From Eledone cirrhosa (Eukaryota), in the NCBI GenBank assembly GCA_964016885.1, contig OZ024743.1, positions 208,630,001-208,694,000 on the forward strand: a stretch of DNA of 64,000 nt, written 5' to 3'. A model generated the notes under the pieces. That model made no database searches. It saw nothing but the letters and a program-made list of their open reading frames with translations, and was not told the DNA's origin. The translations under genes were made by a program, and so were the position numbers. Below are positions 60,744 to 64,000 of the stretch, piece by piece. Position 1 is the stretch's first letter. Every line of letters starts with the position of its first letter.

Positions 60744-63700
60744 CATGAAAGCTCTTCACTCCATAAGATATACCACAGTTTACCATCCTATAGCCAGATG
60801 AAAGCTCTTCACTCCATAAGATATACCACAGTTTACCATCCTATAGCCACACATGAAAGCTCTTCACTCCATAAGATATACCACAATTTACCATCCTATA
60901 GCCACACATGAAAGCTCTTCACTCAATAAGATATTCCACAGTTTACCATCCTATAGCCACAAATGAAAGCTCTTCACTCCATAAGATATACCAAAGTTTA
61001 CCATCCTATAGCCAGATGAAAGCTCTTCACTCCATAAGATATACCACAGTTTACCATCCTATAGCCACAGATGAAAGCTCTTCACTCCATAAGATATACC
61101 ACAGTTTACCATCCTATAGCCACACATGAAAGCTCTTCAGTCCACAAGATATAACACAGTTTACCATCCTATAGCCACAGATGAAAGCTCTTCACTCCCT
61201 AAGATATACTACAGTTTACCATCCTATAGCCACAAATGAAATCTCTTCACTCCATAAGATATAACACAGTTTACCATCCTATAGTTACAGATGAAAGCTC
61301 TTCACCCCATAAGATAGACTACAGTTTACCATCCTATAGCCACAGATGAAAGCTCTTCACTCCATAAGATATACGACAGTTTACCATCCTATAGCCGCAG
61401 ATGAAAGCTCTTCACTCCATAAGATATACCACAGTTTACCATCCTATGGCCACAGATGAAAGCTCTTCACTCCATAAGATATACCACAGTTTACCATCCT
61501 ATAGCCACACATGAAAGCTCTTCACTCCATAAGATATACCACAGTTTACCATCCTATAGCCAGATGAAAGCTCTTCACTCCATAAGATATACCACAGTTT
61601 ACCATCCTATAGCCAGATGAAAGCTCTTCACTCCATAAGATATACCACAGTTTACCATCCTATGGCCACAGATGAAAGCTCTTCACTCCATAAGATATAC
61701 CACAGTTTACCATCCTATAGCCGCAGATGAAAGCTCTTTACTCCATAAGATATACCACAGTTTACCATCCTATGGCCACAGATGAAAGCTCTTCACTCCA
61801 TAAGATATACCACAGTTTACCATCCTATAGCCACACATGAAAGCTCTTCACTCCATAAGATATACCACAGTTTACCATCCTATAGCCAGATGAAAGCTCT
61901 TCACTCCATAAGATATACCACAGTTTACTATCCTATAGCCACAGATGAAAGCTCTTCACTCCATAACATATACTACAGTTTACCATCCTATAGGCACACA
62001 TGAAAGCTTTCACTCAATAAGATATACCACATTTTACCATCCTATAGCCACAAATGAAAGCTCTTCACTCCATAAGATATACCACAGTTTACCATCCTAT
62101 AGCCACACATGAGAGCTCTTCACTCCATAAGATATACCACAGTTTATCATCCTATAGCCACACATGAGAGCTCTTCACTCTATAAGATATACCACAGTTT
62201 ACCATCCTATAGCCACACATGGAAGCTCTTCACTCCATGATATATACCACAGTTTACCATCCTATAGCCACACATGAAAGCTCTTCACTCCATAAGATAT
62301 ACCACAGTTTACAATCCTATAGCCACACATGAAAGCTCTTCACTCAATAAGATATACCACATTTTACCATCCTATAGCCACAAATGAAAGCTCTTCACTC
62401 CATAAGATATACCACAGTTTACCATCCTATAGCCACACATGAAAGCTCTTCACTCCATGAGATATACCACAGTTTACCATCCTATAGCCACACATGAAAG
62501 CTCTTCACTCCATAAGATATACCACAGTTTACCATCCTATAGCCACACATGGAAGCTCTTCACTCCATGAGATATACCACAGTTTACCATCCTATAGCCA
62601 CACATGAAAGCTCTTCACTCCATAAGATATACCACAGTTTACCATCCTATAGCCAGATGAAAGCTCTTCACTCCATAAGATATACCACAGTTTACCATCC
62701 TATAGCCACACATGAAATCTCTTCACTCCATAAGATATACCACAATTTACCATCCTATAGCCACACATGAAAGCTCTTCACTCAATAAGATATACCACAG
62801 TTTACCATCCTATAGCCACAAATGAAAGCTCTTCACTCCATAAGATATACCAAAGTTTACCGTCCTATAGCCAGATGAAAGCTCTTCACTCCATAAGATA
62901 TACCACAGCTTACCATCCTATAGCCACACATGAAAGCTCTTCACTCCATAAGATATAACACAGTTTACCATCCTATAGCCACAGATGAAAGCTCTTCACT
63001 CCATAAGATATACCACAGTTTACAATCCTATAGTCACACATGAAAGCTCTTCACTCCATAAGATATACCACAGTTTACCATCCTATAGCCACACATGAAA
63101 GCTCTTCACTCCATAAGATATATCACAGTTTACCATCCTATAGCCACACATGGAAGCTCTTCACTCCATGAGATATACCACAGTTTCCCATCCTATAGCC
63201 ACACATGAAAGCTTTTCATTCCATAAGATATACCACAGTTTACCATCCAATAGCCAGATGAAAGCTCTTCACTCCATAAGATATACCACAGTTTACCATC
63301 CTATAGCCACAAATGAAAGCTCTTCACTCCATAAGATATACCCCAGTTTACCATCCTATAGCCAGATGAAAGCTCTTCACTCCATGAGATATACCACAGT
63401 TTACCATCCTATAGCCACACATGAAAGCTTTTCATTCCATAAGATATACCACAGTTTACCATCCTATAGCCAGATAAAAGCTCTTCACTCCATAAGAAAT
63501 ACCACAGTTTACCATCCTATAGCCACACATGAAAGCTCTTCACTCCATAAGATATACCACAGTTTACCATCCTATAGCCACAGATGAAAGCTCTTCACTC
63601 CATAAGATATACCACAGTTTACCATCCTATAGCCACGCCACGGATGAAAGCTCTTCACTCCATAAGATATACCATAGTTTACCATCCTATAGCCACGCCA

Positions 63701-64000
63701 CGGATGAAAGCTCTTCACTCCATCAGATATACCTCAGTTTACCATCCTATAGCCACAGATCAAAGCTCTTCACTCCATAAGATATACCACAGTTTACCAT
63801 CCTATAGCCACACATGAAAGCTCTTCACTCCATAAGATATACCACAGTTTACCATCCTATAGCCACAGATGAAAGCTCTTCACTCCATAAGATATACCAC
63901 AGTTTACCATCCTATAGCCCCACATGGAAGCTCTTCACTCCATGAGATATACCACAGTTTACCATCCTATAGCCACACATGAAAGCTCTTCACTCCATAA
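60690..64000 (+). repeat. Third, more diverged copy of the ~3-kb distal higher-order unit
   Basis: ORF pairs 57837/60690 (offset 2853), 58876/61782 (2906), and 59916/63150 and 60295/63529 (3234). Shared GATAGACTAC, GCTTTCACTCAA, GATAAAAGC and GCCCCACATGG variants. Confidence 0.85.

Larger units (their letters stand above)
1..64000 (+). repeat. 55-bp tandem satellite DNA array (~1,170 head-to-tail monomers, single orientation, runs off both window ends)
   Basis: Consensus ATGAAAGCTCTTCACTCCATAAGATATACCACAGTTTACCATCCTATAGCCACA[C/G] repeats at 55-bp spacing (ATG at 8, 63, 118, 173, 228...) to the end of the window. Most monomers differ from consensus by 0-3 bases. No non-repeat sequence was seen. 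Confidence 0.99.

Noticed and set aside
228-63817. About 100 short + strand ORFs (MKALHSIRYTTVYHPIAT / HESSSLHKIYHSLPSYS repeats)
   Set aside because: These are artefacts of the repeat. 55 is not a multiple of 3, so reading passes through two open frames and stops at the TGA of ATGA. ORFs lengthen only where a 53-mer (55+53 = 108 bp = 36 codons) or a 60-mer resets the frame. There is no unique coding sequence or sign of codon-level constraint.
1-64000. CRISPR array or other repeat-spacer array
   Set aside because: There are no unique spacers. The variable junction is only 3-10 bp and derives from the consensus. No cas genes or leader are present.
1-64000. Programmed frameshift or phase-variable repeat protein, or an information-encoding 'barcode' in the variant order
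   Set aside because: Variant order is adequately explained by nested duplication and deletion. No promoter, unique flanks or recombinase is present, so nothing supports a coding or recoding function.
1-64000. G-quadruplex or i-motif array
   Set aside because: The consensus has only GG/CC doublets with mostly long loops and no GGG tracts, so stable G4 formation is unlikely.
1-64000. Tandem ncRNA genes (tRNA, 5S, spliced leader, snRNA) or CENP-B box
   Set aside because: The 55-bp unit shows no cloverleaf, no recognisable Pol III boxes or SL features and no strong hairpin. The CpG-containing CENP-B box consensus is absent.

Overview
The whole 64 kb window is one uninterrupted, head-to-tail array of a 55-bp satellite, with consensus ATGAAAGCTCTTCACTCCATAAGATATACCACAGTTTACCATCCTATAGCCACA(C/G). 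It is about 40% GC, strongly C-rich on the + strand, has no CpG in the consensus, and holds roughly 1,170 monomers (64,000/~55). I see no genes, RNA genes, transposon insertions, inversions or unique spacers; every ORF in the track is a translation of the repeat. The information lies in the monomer variants: 53-, 54-, 56-, 60- and 45-bp length variants and recurring point variants. These reveal nested higher-order duplications with offsets of 275, 929, ~1306, 2352, 2695, 4615/4670, ~5356, 6138 and 16-18.8 kb, an ancestral ordered cassette of variants that recurs about 11 times, and a shift in variant repertoire near 48-52 kb. This is most consistent with eukaryotic heterochromatic (centromeric, pericentromeric or subtelomeric) satellite DNA, but organism and function cannot be determined from the sequence. 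I found no support for a novel coding system. The best leads concern array architecture and mutational mechanisms.
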